From the NCBI RefSeq assembly GCF_009914755.1, contig NC_060940.1: a DNA stretch of 64,000 nt; one strand, given 5' to 3'. The position numbers and the translations under genes are program-made. Below are positions 1 to 13,835 of the stretch, piece after piece. Position 1 is the first letter of the stretch. Each line of letters starts with the position of its first letter. A model generated the notes under the pieces. That model was not told the DNA's origin. It made no database searches and was given only the letters and a program-made list of their open reading frames with translations. The stretch comes from the human T2T-CHM13v2.0 reference genome, Homo sapiens.

Positions 1-1200
1 AGTACAGATACTATATATTAATAGTATATATTAATAGTATAATATAGTATACTATTATACTATATTATATATAGTATATTAGTATATTAATAGTATAATA
101 TATAGTGTCCTATATACTAAATATAAATACTGTAATATATAGTGTCATATATACTATATATAATATAGTGTCATATATGCTATATATAATATACAGTGCA
201 ATATATGCTATATATAATATACAGTGCAATATATGCTATATATAATATACAGTGCTATATATGCTATATATAATATACAGTGTTATATATTATATATAAT
301 ATACAGTGTTATATATTATATATAATATACAGTGTTATATATTATATATAATATATAGTGTTATATATTATATATAATATATAGTGTTATATATTATATA
401 TAATATATAGTATATATGCTATATATAATATAAAGTATAAATAATACTACATATATTATACTATTATATATAATACTACATATTTATATTATATATAGTA
501 TATATATTATATATATACTGTATATTATAGTATATATTATATAGTATATATACTGTATATTATAGTATATATTATATAGTATATATACTGTATATTATAG
601 TATATATTATATAGTATATATACTGTATATTATAGTATATATTATATAGTATATATACTGGATATTATAGTATATATTATATAGTAGTATATATAGTATA
701 TATTATAGTATATAGTATATATATACTACTATAGTATATAGTATATATACTATAGTATATAGTGTATATACACTATATACTGTATATAGTGCATATACTA
801 TAGTATATATATATAGTATATATATACTGTATACTATAGTATACTACTATATACTATAGTATATATACTGTATACTATAGTATACAGTATATATACTATA
901 GTATACAGTATATATACTATATACTATAGTATACAGTATATATACTATATACTATAGTATACAGTATATATACTATACTATAATGTACAGTATATGCACT
1001 ATATATTATAATATACAGTATATATACTGTACATTATAGTATATAGTATATATACTGTATTTTATAGTATATAGTAGTATATATACTGTATATTATAGTA
1101 TATAGTAGTATATATACTGTATATTAATAGTATATAGTAGTATATATACTATATATTAATAGTAATTATATATAATGTAGTATAATAGTATTATTTGAAT
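1..1200. repeat. Complex AT-rich tandem and palindromic repeat array (open at the left edge)
   Basis: Almost entirely A/T; 28-bp then 26-bp units at about 180-410, 35-bp units at about 511-685, palindromic blocks at 850-1060. Confidence 0.95.
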
Positions 1201-1257
1201 TAATGGTATTCAGCCTATTATGATAGTATTAATCCTACTTAATACTATGAATCCTAT

Positions 1258-1795
1258 TTAATACTATTCAGCCATTATAAAAATGAAATCCTGTTATTTG
1301 CAGCAACATGAATGGAACTGGAGGACATCATATTAAGTGAAATAAGCCAAATGGAGAAAGACAAATATTGTATCTTCTCCCATGTGAGAGCTAAAAAAAA
1401 AAAAAAAAATTGAACTCACAGAGCTAGAGCTAGGGAGTGCATTGACAGAGCTGGGAAGGGTAGTGGGGAGGGAGAATGGTAATGTCAGCATGGTTAATGG
1501 GTACAAAAATATAGTTAGAATGAGTAAGATCTAGTATTCAGTAGCACAAATAGGGTGACTATAGTTAACAATTCATTGTATATCTTAAAATAACTAAAAC
1601 AGTGGAATGGGCCTAATAAAGAAATGACATTGGAATTTTTTTAATAAAGAAACAATAAAGGCTTGAAGTGATGGATACCTCATTATGCTGATTTGATCAT
1701 TCCACATTGTATAGTTGTATCAACACATCACATGTACCCCATAAATATGTATAACCATTATGTAGCCATAATAATTAAAAATAAAAAAATAAACT
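1258..1795 (+). mobile_element. L1 3' end (L1MA-like)
   Basis: tactattcagccat...gaaatcctgttatttgcagcaacatgaatggaactggaggacat...catgtaccccataaatatgtataac, followed by an A-rich tail. Confidence 0.9.
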
Positions 1796-1877
1796 TAAAG
1801 TATGAACAAGAAAAACCAGCGTGTTACAGGCTGAAGGTTAAGGCCTTGCAAAGACTAACTTTCTGCTGGAGGCTTAC

Positions 1878-2026
1878 TTGGGGTTATTGCAGTGTCTCTC
1901 CTGGAACTTGACTCCTCCACCACATGTCCGGGAACATTCTGACCACTTCGACCAGGCGGACCACTGGCCGTGGATGGGCCGGGGCCCGAGCTCCCCAAAC
2001 TTTACGCACTGGCCTTGCCGACACCA
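1878..2026 (-). CDS. ADAMTS18: ADAMTS18 exon (exon 12): end of disintegrin-like domain and TSR1
   Basis: 149 bp; tcacag|TGGTGT...CCC AA|gtaagc; encodes [49 protein letters not shown], with the TSR motifs WxxWxxW and CSRTCG. Confidence 0.98.
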
Positions 2027-2384
2027 CTGTGAAAAGAACGTGTAAGATGGTTCCCGTCAGAGACCACCTGGGAAAGCGCAGGGAGTTGCCAACACCTGCA
2101 CAGTAACAGGAAAAACAGGTCTGTTGGGAGAAAAGGAAAATGCCTGATACCTTGATAAATTCCTCTGCTGTGCTCTAAAAACACTCAACTACTCTGCATT
2201 GACCACATCCATTTTGAAAGGCTGACATCTAGAGAGAAGTGGCATTGTTCACCAACAGGCTGAGTATGATAGGCTTTGTGAACTGTGGAGGTGACATGTT
2301 CAGATAAGATTCCACCTAACAGCCAAGGGAGTCAGTATAAAGTTACAAGGAAGCCTGCCTTGCCACTGAGAGACAACACTACTT

Positions 2385-2516
2385 AAAGAACAATTCGGAT
2401 CACTCATTCAGGAAGAAACAGTTAAGATATTAACACAATTTATCATTCTGAAAGAACAATTGGGATCACTCATTCATGAAGTAACAGTTAAGATATTAAC
2501 ACGATTTATCATTCTG
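2385..2516. repeat. Tandem duplication, 2 x 66 bp
   Basis: aaagaacaattcggatcactcattca...tttatcattctg repeated at 2385 and 2451 with 4 mismatches. Confidence 0.95.
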
Positions 2517-3987
2517 AATGATTATCTTATCATAAAATAGATACAATTACACATACATTATATTTTTGCTTATTCCAAACCCGTCACTATAGAGCATTTC
2601 TTACAAAGCTGAACAACTCAGTCTGTACAAATTGTTCTCTTCAGATAGCATCCTTTTTCCTTTGTCTACATAAAAGGTGCCCACTTCAGATGCTCTGATG
2701 ACTTTGAGCTCTTGCAGTGTCTTTGATGAATTAGCCCAGGGTCTTTCATTTGCCCATGATCTGTACAAGCTAGATGGAGAGCTTTTTTCTGTATTAACCT
2801 TTCCATTTTAGTTCTCCTTTTTGTAACAAATTCCTGGCTTTGCTGGTCATCTCTCCCTAGGGGATGCATTAGCCTCTGGTAGTGTTTCTTTTGTTTTTGT
2901 TTTATTTTTTGTTTTTGTTGCCTACCCCCAATCCCCAACCCCTGCAGTGCTTTGATTATGAGAAAGTTCTGCATGACTTAGCATAACTGCTCTTTTCTAA
3001 AAGCCTCTGCAATTAGATCCAAAGGGTTGGGGTTTGGACCATGCCAGGTTTTGCTGAGGAATTGGGGGATCGGTTACAGAATTATGGGAAGGTTGTTTGA
3101 CTTTCAAATCTTCACTTATCCCCTGCGATACATTTGGCTTCATGACTGTTTACTGTGTGGCTTGGTTGCTAGCGCACTCTATCTAGGTTAAGATATTGCT
3201 TCCTTTCTTCAAATTCTTGCCATGTGCTGATTAATTCTTCTGTTTTTAATTTTTCTTTTCCCTGGATTAATTGCCATTTCAGAGTTTGCATGAAACCATA
3301 TAACACTATTGAGAAGTTTTTGGGGAAGGCTATCGGTCATTTGAGGATTTTGCCTACCATAAGCATGCATCTTTTCTACCGGGAATCACGAGGACTCTAC
3401 TGGACTGAGTTCAGTGGCTGAGACAAAATTACAATAGCCAATAACAGTAACAGCAGCAGCAGCCACAGGTTATCAAGCTGCTTCTATGTGCCAAAAATGA
3501 TGCAGAGAGCTTCACATGCAGTATCTCATCTAATCCTTGCAAAGCACTGAATTAAAAGCCGTTTTCCTCAGTAGGAGAAATTTAGCAAAGAAATACTAGC
3601 TAACTTGCTCAGAGTGACACAAACTACCCAAACAGATCTATTCAAATAACTATGCAAGTATAAGAGACTGGATTTAACTCAGTAGCCAGAACTCCTAAGC
3701 AGGACACTTCTACTTCTCATCTTGGAGGCAAATTACTGACCAATGTACCTTAATTCTAATCTAATTTCTTTTTGGAAAATGTGTTTTTTAGATCTCTTCC
3801 AGTCATTCAATTAACTTGATGTTCTATTACTTCAGTATTTGTTCTAGTATTACGTTAGGCTGCTATCACACTGTCTCCATTTGGCCTTTTAATCAGTGTA
3901 GAAATCAGGAATATAAAGGAATGTACACACAGACCTGCACACATTCACATGAATAGGTAAAATTCTACATAGAAAATGCAAATTTAG

Positions 3988-4659
<672 letters not shown>

Positions 4660-4793
4660 CAGCATACATATTTCTGGCACTACATCTAATTTCCAATTGA
4701 ATGGCCATGACTTAGGCCATTATCTTTTTATAGACAGCATGTACAAACCTTTCTTTCCGTGCACACATATTTCTAGATAAAAGTAAGTGGCTT

Positions 4794-5285
<492 letters not shown>

Positions 5286-6298
5286 TCATGAAATTTACAG
5301 TCTAACAAGCAGCCAGTGATATCCCCTGGTGAAGGAAGAATCTGAGAAAACCGTATATGAATGTAATAATCATTACACGGGAGTGATGATGGATGGAACT
5401 TATTAAGATGTTTTCTGTTGAGGGTGACATTACACTTAAGGGCTTTTCACCAGTATATAACTATAGCCTGGTGTTTTAAAATAATGTGGTGTGGCAGTTG
5501 TATCAAGACATTTGTTTTCCCACTTCTGACTTTATTTATCTCGTGTTCTGTTTACTGAAGCCTAACACAAGTACGTTTTATCCCCCTTGGAACTTAGATA
5601 CCTGAAGTGCTTATGTAATAAATCTTTAGACCTAGGTGATGTATCACTTATTTTTCTCATTCATTATATAAATATTTTCCTGTGTATCCCTTATAGGTAA
5701 CGATGTTGCTTTTTCAATTAAAAAAAAAAAACAAAACACTAATCCTCAAGTCACAAGTTCTAAGTTGTGATGCCTCAAAAGTAAAAAGGACGTGAGCACT
5801 ATTTATATTTTAAATTATTCCACTAATTCATTGTTTTGTATCATCATGGCCCCAACACTTCTATTAACATTTTCAAGAACAGTCCTCATTGGGAATCCCT
5901 AAGACCACTATCGGATTAAAAATTGCACATAACTCCTCAATTTTTAAAATGTTCATTTTCTTTAAAACAAAGAGTTAAAAATTACAAGTCTTTTTAAGAG
6001 ATAGTGAATAAATGTCCTAACAAATATCAGAAATCTGTGCTTTTGCCTCTGATGTTGGCCTCTCTCTGAAAAGTCCTTTTTATCATCTAACTGAAGAACT
6101 TTAACCCACAACCCAACAACCATCTTGATGCATGTACTTGTTGTGGTTTATTCTAAGTGCATAGCTAATCTCAAGCAAGATTCAGCTCTCATTTCATCTG
6201 GGCCCCGACAGCAACTACTGCTTAGAGAAGGTGTCTTTAAAGAGAGAATTAGTTATTTCCTTCTGTATATGTTTCCCCTGCTAGACTGTAAATTTTTA

Positions 6299-6603
<305 letters not shown>

Positions 6604-6706
6604 TAAATTTTTAAAGAAATACAACTCTGGTTTATTTATCTCTACATCCCCAGAGTCTCCTGTTCCCCATATCTAGTAGTCAATAAATTATTGTGGAATG
6701 AAATAA

Positions 6707-6989
6707 CTTTTTCTTTTTTAGAGACAGGGCCTAGCTCTGTGGCCCAGGATGGAGTGCAGTGGCATAATCACAGCACACTACAGCCTCAAACTCCTGGGTT
6801 GAAGCGATCCTCCTCCTTCAACCTCCCAAAGTGCTGGGACTACAGGCACGCACCACCAAGCCTGTTTAAGCTTTTGTAGAGATAGGGTCTCGCTGTGTTA
6901 CCTGTTCTTGAACTCCTGGCTTCAAGCAATCCTCCCTGCTCAGCCTCCCAAAGTGTTGGGATTACAGGTATGAGCTATCACACCCAGCC
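6707..6989 (-). mobile_element. Alu (AluJ-like)
   Basis: Diverged antisense Alu. Confidence 0.9.
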
Positions 6990-7825
6990 TTGACATAACT
7001 TTAAAGGACCAATGACCATTTTTTTCTGTATAGATTTATACTGCCTTGAGACAGAGTCAATAATTAAGATCAGCAAACCTGTAACATCTCATTATCTCTT
7101 GTCATTCATAGCTCCTCTTTGATTGGCCTTTCAAATGAACTTCCCAAATCTGGATCATTTACTAGTAGCCCAAATGCAACCTGCCCTCCCTCCAGACTCT
7201 ATTGAGAAAGAGGAAGAAAAATAGAAATATATGAGAGTTCTTCATTAAAAATATTGAGATCTCCTATAATCTTTCAAAATGGAGGTGGTTCTCTGGGTAG
7301 GAGATGCTCACCAGCAAAAGGACCTTAGGTACACACTAGGTGGAGGCGTCTCTTACCCTTCAATAGGAAAGTCACTGTACATGATGGGAATCTATAGGGC
7401 ATGTCAGAAGCTCAATGACAGGTCCTGTGAGTTGAGCTGAGTAGCCGAAGCCTTGGTCTGGAGGGACAGTCATTTCTTGACTAACAAGACATCTGATCCC
7501 TGAGACTTTTTAAATACCACAAGTTTAAAAGGAAAATGGTATGCAATGAAACCTGTAAGCTCATTGAAATAGAGATATTTTGAGCCAAGCCACCATCTAA
7601 AACAGGAAGACAAAAAAGAAAAAAAAAATCTTCTTAAACAATTGAGCTACCTGGGTTATATTAGCATTAAGCTTTGTAATTGCTGCTATATAATGTTGTT
7701 AATATGAAGAGAAGTCAGAGAATATAAACTACCAAAGCATTCACCCTAAGGTCACAATACAAACAGTTTGAATTCTATGCCTTATCAAATTTCTGAAGCT
7801 AAAAAGTAACAAGTATGCAGTTTAC

Positions 7826-7921
7826 CATACTCAAGCCACAAACGGTCCCTTCTGCTGCGGGCATAAACTTGGTCTCACACCTGTGGCCTACTCGGTGGCA
7901 CCAAAGTGATTTGCAAATATC
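7826..7921 (-). CDS. ADAMTS18: ADAMTS18 exon (exon 11): disintegrin-like domain
   Basis: 96 bp, phase 0-0; tttcag|GATATT...AGTATG|gtaaac; encodes DICKSLWCHRVGHRCETKFMPAAEGTVCGLSM. Confidence 0.97.
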
Positions 7922-8597
7922 CTGAAATAAAAAAAAAGGGGGGTGCTGTTAATGGTGATATACAATAAAAACAAAAATATTCAAAGATGTTGTATATAAT
8001 ATTATATTTTGGGGTAGCTGAAATCAGAGCAATTATTCAGAAAGTAGAGGCCAGTGAAGTTGGCAACACCAAAGTTAATATGTTTTAGTAACTATATAAG
8101 TGGGGGGTTTCTACAGTATCCAGATATTCATGTGTGTTTTGTAACAGCTGGTAGGTAGCAACAGTTAATTTAGAGAACACTTGGCTTGGAAGTGATAGAT
8201 CTGGTTTCTCATGATAGTGATGATGATAACCGTCGTAGCAGAATACATCAAGATTGGAATAAAGCAAGTCGGATTCAAGTCTTCATCCTGAAATGCCTGG
8301 TTTCATGCCCTATGGACATGTTATGGAATCCCTTTCAGTTGCAGTTTTCTCACCTGTACAATAGCGATCAAATGAGCACTTGACTCTATAGACTTATTCT
8401 CAAGGATAAATGAGGAACTACATGTAAAGTGATGGTTTTGCCTGGCACATGCAGTTCTCAAAAATACTGCCTATCATTACTACCTTTTTCATCTTTTTAA
8501 AAAATGTTCTACAGTTGCTTTTTCAAGGTCCTATATGTGCTTACCTGAAGCATTTTCTATGAGTGCTGTTTATAGTTTATTGACTGACTGACTGACT

Positions 8598-8716
8598 GTA
8601 GAGACAGATTCTTGCTTTGTGGCCCAGTCTCATCTCAAACTCCTAACCTAAAGTGATCCTCCCACCTCAGTCTCCCAAACTGTTGGGATTACAAGCATGA
8701 GCCACCAGGCCTGGCC
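8598..8716 (-). mobile_element. Alu monomer or fragment preceded by (TGAC)n
   Basis: gtagagacag...aagtgatcctcccacctcagtctcccaaa...gccaccaggcctggcc. Confidence 0.85.
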
Positions 8717-8806
8717 ACCTTCTTCGTCTCTATTGCAGTTTTCAAATATGTAGACAATTTAACTCTCAAACCAGGCCTATGAAATAATTTCATTCTCATG
8801 CTAGAC

Positions 8807-9610
8807 TGTGGTACACAGAATAATGGCCCCCAAAGATGTTCGCATACTAATCCTGGGATCCTGTGAATATGTGAAGTTGTGTAGCAAAGGAGAATTAAAG
8901 TTACAGATGCAATTGAGGTCATCATCAATTGAAATGGAGAGGCAGAGACTGTCCTAAATTTTCCAGGTGGGCCTAACATAGTCACAAGAGTCCTTATATG
9001 GGAAAGAGGAGCTTAGAAGAGAACCAGAGAGATGACAGCTTGAGAAAGACCTAGGAGAATGTTGCTGGCTTTGAAGATGAAGGAGGGGCCATGAGCCAAG
9101 GAATGCAGGCAGCTTCCAGAAGCTGAAAAAGGCATGAAAATGACTTCTCCCCTAAGGCCTTCAAAACCCTGCTAATGCACTGATTTTAGACCTTACTTTC
9201 TTTTTTTTTTTTTTTTGAGAGTGAGTTTCACTCTTGTCACCCAGCCTGGAGTGCAATGGCACCATCTCGGCTCACTGCAACCCCCGCCTCCTGGGTTCAA
9301 GCAATTATCCCTGCCTCAGCCTCCTGAGTAACTGGGATTACAAGCACGCACCACCATGTCCGGCCACTTTTTGTATTTTTAGTAGAGACGTGGTTTCACC
9401 ACGTTGGCCAGGCTGGTCTCGAACTCCCAACCTCAGGTGATCTGCCCGCCTTGGCCTCCCAAAGTGCTAGGATTGCTCACATGAGCCACCTTGCCTGGCC
9501 TGATTTTAGCCCTTTCAAATATCTACTTCCAGAACTATAAGATAATAAATGTGTGTTGCCTTAAGTCACACTAAGTTTGTGGAAATTTATTTAGATAGGG
9601 AACTAATACT
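8807..9610 (+). mobile_element. MaLR solo LTR (MLT1C/D-like) interrupted by an Alu
   Basis: tgtggtacacagaataatggcccccaaagatg...ttccagaactataagataataaatgtgtgttg...gggaactaatac. Confidence 0.85.
9195..9500 (-). mobile_element. Alu (AluS-like) nested in the MLT1 LTR
   Basis: Antisense dimer; TSD tgattttag(a/c)cctt. Confidence 0.95.
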
Positions 9611-10231
9611 TTTACTACCATTTTAGTGGTGGAAACTGAACTAATTCTTCATCTAAACTCATTTAGCTGAAAAAACTGAGCAAGCTTCTGATGCTGTTGA
9701 ACTTTTAAAATCACACAGCTGGCCAGGAACAAAGGCAGGCCTCAAGCTGGCCTGATTTCTGAGTCTAGTAACAACCACTACACTAGGCCTGGATTTACCA
9801 CTGATGGATATTGGAAGGCTCTCAAATTCTCCAGGCCTCAGTTTTCTAGTCTATAAAGAAACAGAACCAGATTACTTTCCGTTCTAACAGTTAAAGTTGA
9901 TATTTACAATTATAGCACTAATGGAATGTTGTGAAACATTGTGAAAGGTCAAAGTGACCCCATTTTGGTGGGCACATTCTATTTCCAAAGATAAAAATGT
10001 GAAGATGGACATTTTGGAGAAAATATAAGCAACCAGAGAGGAGAAAAATAATTTTTGTCGTTACTTGTTGTAATCCTGAAAATTCAATGAACCAGGCACC
10101 TAATTCCCCAAACACTCCATTTCATGTAGATTTTACAGTTAGAAAATATGGCAAGAATATGCTTAGAAATATTACACAAACACTCAAAAAAAAAAGCTTT
10201 CCATGGGACTGAGAAAACATAGGGAAACCAG

Positions 10232-10308
10232 ATGTATATATATATATGTATATATACATACATATATATGTATGTGTGTGTGTATATATATATATATATA
10301 CACATACA
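10232..10308. repeat. Compound (TA)n/(TG)n microsatellite
   Basis: Read directly from the sequence. Confidence 0.9.
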
Positions 10309-11359
10309 GTAATTTTGGTCTTGTAGACCATAAAATTCTTCCCCTAAAAGGAGAATGGAAGAATATTGAGGACACTACTTAGAAACACCAACACCACCAG
10401 CTGCCCCAGATGTGGGCACGTGTACCATTCCCAAATCTCAAAACAGCTCCTAAGCTAGAATATATACATATTCCCGTGAACCTGCCACTGACATTAGCAG
10501 AAAGCATGAGGCAGCCTCCCAGCAAACTGAATCACAGTCATCATCGCTACGTGTTGTCGTATTGAGTCACCCTCAGTTTGAGGGAAATCAATCAATGTGG
10601 GTAAGAGAGCCGCCTATGTGAAATGGGAGGCATGAGAGATAGCACTGAAATGATTAAACCTACACTTAGAAAGGCTTTCAGAACTAAATTGTTTTTCTTC
10701 TTACAGCCAGGAAAAAGCCATAACCCACACCCAGTGCCTATGTGGCAGCCACCAAAATGGCCCTAGGGCAGACCAAAGAAAAGGAGGGCTAGCTGTCGTA
10801 GCCAATGCCAAGCCACAGAACCAAGAGAAGGGGCAGCTGGAGAGAACCAGGAAAACAAAGCAAAACAAAAAAAAAACACAGGGATTCCAGAGTGAAATAA
10901 GACAGGCTGCATGAACATGTTATTTCTTCTGCGGTGGAGTACAGAAGTCAAGGGTAATTATAGCCAACTACATACTCTGACGACCATGAAAGCCCCTTGA
11001 GAAGGCTCCCTTTCAAAGGAAACGCAAATCAGAGTTTGCACTTTTTTTGCTTGTACCTCCCCCCTCTTTTTACCAGCATATTCAAATAACTTTCCCTTAT
11101 CTATAATTCCCTGGACTTAAGTCATAATTTAAGGGAAAAAAAGAAATAACCACAGAGACTCCAAGGTCTCATGTTGCCTGCATATGATTTTTTTAAACTA
11201 GGCAACATTTTAAAGGAAAGAGTCCCAATGCTATCCATTATTCTGTCCTGTCACTTGCTGTGTCCTCCAGTTGTATTCTATAGGCTGGATACCCCTTCAA
11301 GTAAAACCTGACATGCTGAAAATGTTAATGGCTTTTGCAAACCAAATTTTATGAAGCAT

Positions 11360-12515
11360 TACAAACTGAACACATCCAAAATAAAAGTTCTTCATTGGCT
11401 CCTCCAAACCTGTCCCATGTTTCACTGTCCCCATCTCACTCTAAGACACCTCTATATTCCCATTGGTTCTGGTAAAAAATCCTAGAGTCATCTTTGACTC
11501 TTCTGTTTCTTTCACATTCTATCAAGAAAACCCCCACCAGATCATGAAATCATATTGGCTTTGCCTTCAAAATATTTCCAGAATCTGAACAATTATGGCC
11601 ACCTTCCATTTCTACTACCCTGTTCCAAGCCACCCGACATGGAGCTCACTGCCAGATCCTCCTCACAAGCCTCAAAGGCTTTTACCCGCACCCTTGCCCA
11701 GTTTATTCTCAACACAGTGACTAGAGCTGTATTATCCAATATGATAGTTACTTTCTACATGTGGGTTGTTAAACCTGAATTTACATTACTTAAAATCAAA
11801 ATAAGAATTCACTTCCTCAGGCACACTGGTCACATTTCAGGTTCATGTGTAGTAAGTACCTACCATATTGGATAACAGAGAACATTTGCATCATTATGGA
11901 GAGTTCTGCTGGATGGCACTCAGTTAGGGAGAGCCTTCCAAATCAACTCAGTGTCAGTCAGCTCATGGCACTTTTCTGCTCAAAACCCTGTTATGTCTTG
12001 TCAATTCATCACGAGAAAAATCCAAAGTCCTAACTGTCATCCACAAAGTCATATGCACTCAAGCCCCCTGTATCTCCCTGACACTGTATCCTACCAGTTT
12101 AGGTCTTGCTCACTCTGGTTTAGCCACACTGGCTCCCTGATGCTCTGCCAACACTCAAATTTTGCTCCCAAAGTGGGTCTTTACACTGGCTGTTCCACTT
12201 CTTCAACTATCTGCATCTCTCTCTTACCTCCTTCAAGTCTTTGCCTAAATTTCACCTCCTGTGACCTCGATATTAAAAAATTTAATCAGCCACCAACCAG
12301 TCAGTCTTCCAATTTTCCTTATCTTACTCCAAACTTACTTAGCACTTGTGGCTTCATTTACAACATCATTGACTTATTTATAACGTTTATTGTGTTTTGT
12401 TTTCTCCCCCACTAGCCACGAGAGTACAGAACTGTGTTTTCTCTCTGAGGTATCCCAAGCACCCAAAACAGTGCCTGGTACAAAGTAGGCTTCAGTAAAT
12501 CAATATATGAATAAA
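11360..12515 (+). mobile_element. L2 fragment (interrupted)
   Basis: tcatctttgactcttc, ccttcaaaatatttccagaatctga, tagccacactggctcc, and the 3' end aacagtgcctggtacaaagtaggcttcagtaaat. Confidence 0.75.
11725..11920. mobile_element. MER3-like hAT-Charlie element nested in L2
   Basis: tccaatatgatagttact...aattcacttcctcag...ctaccatattggataacagagaacatttgcatcattatggagagttctgctgga. Confidence 0.7.
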
Positions 12516-12919
12516 AATGACAGACTTTGTATTTTAAAATAGTCTTCATTTGTAATGAAGACTCTGGAATTTTTAAGAGCTTTCAAGAATTAAAAAAAAT
12601 AATAACATGAAAGAACCTGGCAAACAGTATATGCTAAAAAAAACTGGATAATGAGTTTTGCATAAATTATTTCATTGTATCATCATTGTGGCCACATGAC
12701 GAAAGTATGACTATCTCCTCAACATGCTCATGAGAAAATTGAGACTCAGAGAAATTAAGAAACTTCTTCCAACTTCTTTTAGCAGTTAAGTCTCTAGTTG
12801 GCCTGGATTTAAGCCCATGTATGCCTGAGTTTATTGCCCAAGTTTTTAAGCTAAGCAATAATTTAAAAGTAACAAATAACAATTAACAAGTAGGAGTCAC
12901 CAAGAATTGCCCCGATGCC

Positions 12920-13835
12920 ATTTTAAAAATCAACTTTACAGAGGTATGATTTATACAATAATATGAATTCATTTTAAGTGTACTGTTCCATGCATTTTGG
13001 CAGATATATACACCACTATAAACACCACCACATTCAAGGCAGAATATTTCCATCACTCCAAAAAGTTCCCCTGTCCCCTTTTGCAGTCAATTCCCTTCTT
13101 AGGGCAACCACCATTCTGATTTCGGTCACCAATAGGTGAGTGTTGCCTATTCTCTTAAATTTCATATAAATGGAACCATACAGAATGTACTCTTTTGTTC
13201 GGCATGTTTTTCAGTCATCCATGTTTTTGTGTGTATCAATAGTTCATTCTTCTTTATTGATGAATGGAGTTCCATTGTATGAATACAGCAAAATCTAATC
13301 TGCTTGCACATTCACCTTTTGCAGGACGTTTAAATAGTATCTAGTCTTTGGCTTCTATGAATCAAATAGTAGCTGAGAATGTTCTTGGACAAGCCTTTTT
13401 ATGAACACAGGCCTTTATTTATTTCAGGTAGATACCATGGAGTACATTTGCTGGGTCAAAGGGTAAAGGTAGGTTTAACTTTCTACATTGAAACAACTCG
13501 GTCAAACCATTTCCAAAATGATTATACCACTTGACACACTCATCAGCAATATGCAGAGTTCCAGTTGCTTCTGGTCTTCGGTATCATTTGGTATTGTCAA
13601 TCTTTTTAATATTCTCCATTCCAGTCAGTGTGCAGTGGTGCCCCATTATAATTTCTTTTATATATTCCTGAGAGCAATTGATATTGAGTACCATTTCATG
13701 CATTTATTGACTATGTGTATGTCTCCTTCTCTGATATATTATTTGATATATTCCTGAGAGCAATTGATATTGAGTACCATTTCATGCATTTATTGACTAT
13801 GTGTATGTCTCCTTCTGTGATATATTAATTTAGTA
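12920..13835 (-). mobile_element. Old L1 (L1M) 3' region, antisense
   Basis: cattttaagtgtac, catcactccaaaaagttccc, tttcatataaatggaaccatacag, tttgctgggtcaaagggta, ttttaatattctccattcca. Confidence 0.85.
13661..13827. repeat. Tandem duplication, 86-bp period
   Basis: tatattcctgagagcaattgatattgagtacc... at 13661 and 13747; 1 mismatch over about 81 bp. Confidence 0.95.

Noticed and set aside
1-1200. Regular 26-35 bp repeats resembling a CRISPR array
   Set aside because: Head-to-tail low-complexity units with no unique spacers and no cas genes, in a eukaryotic intron
1900-2090. CpG-rich patch as a possible CpG-island promoter
   Set aside because: Under 200 bp and largely explained by codon content of the TSR1 exon
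11951-12415. 154-aa ORF
   Set aside because: Lies within decayed L2 sequence; non-ATG start and no recognisable domain
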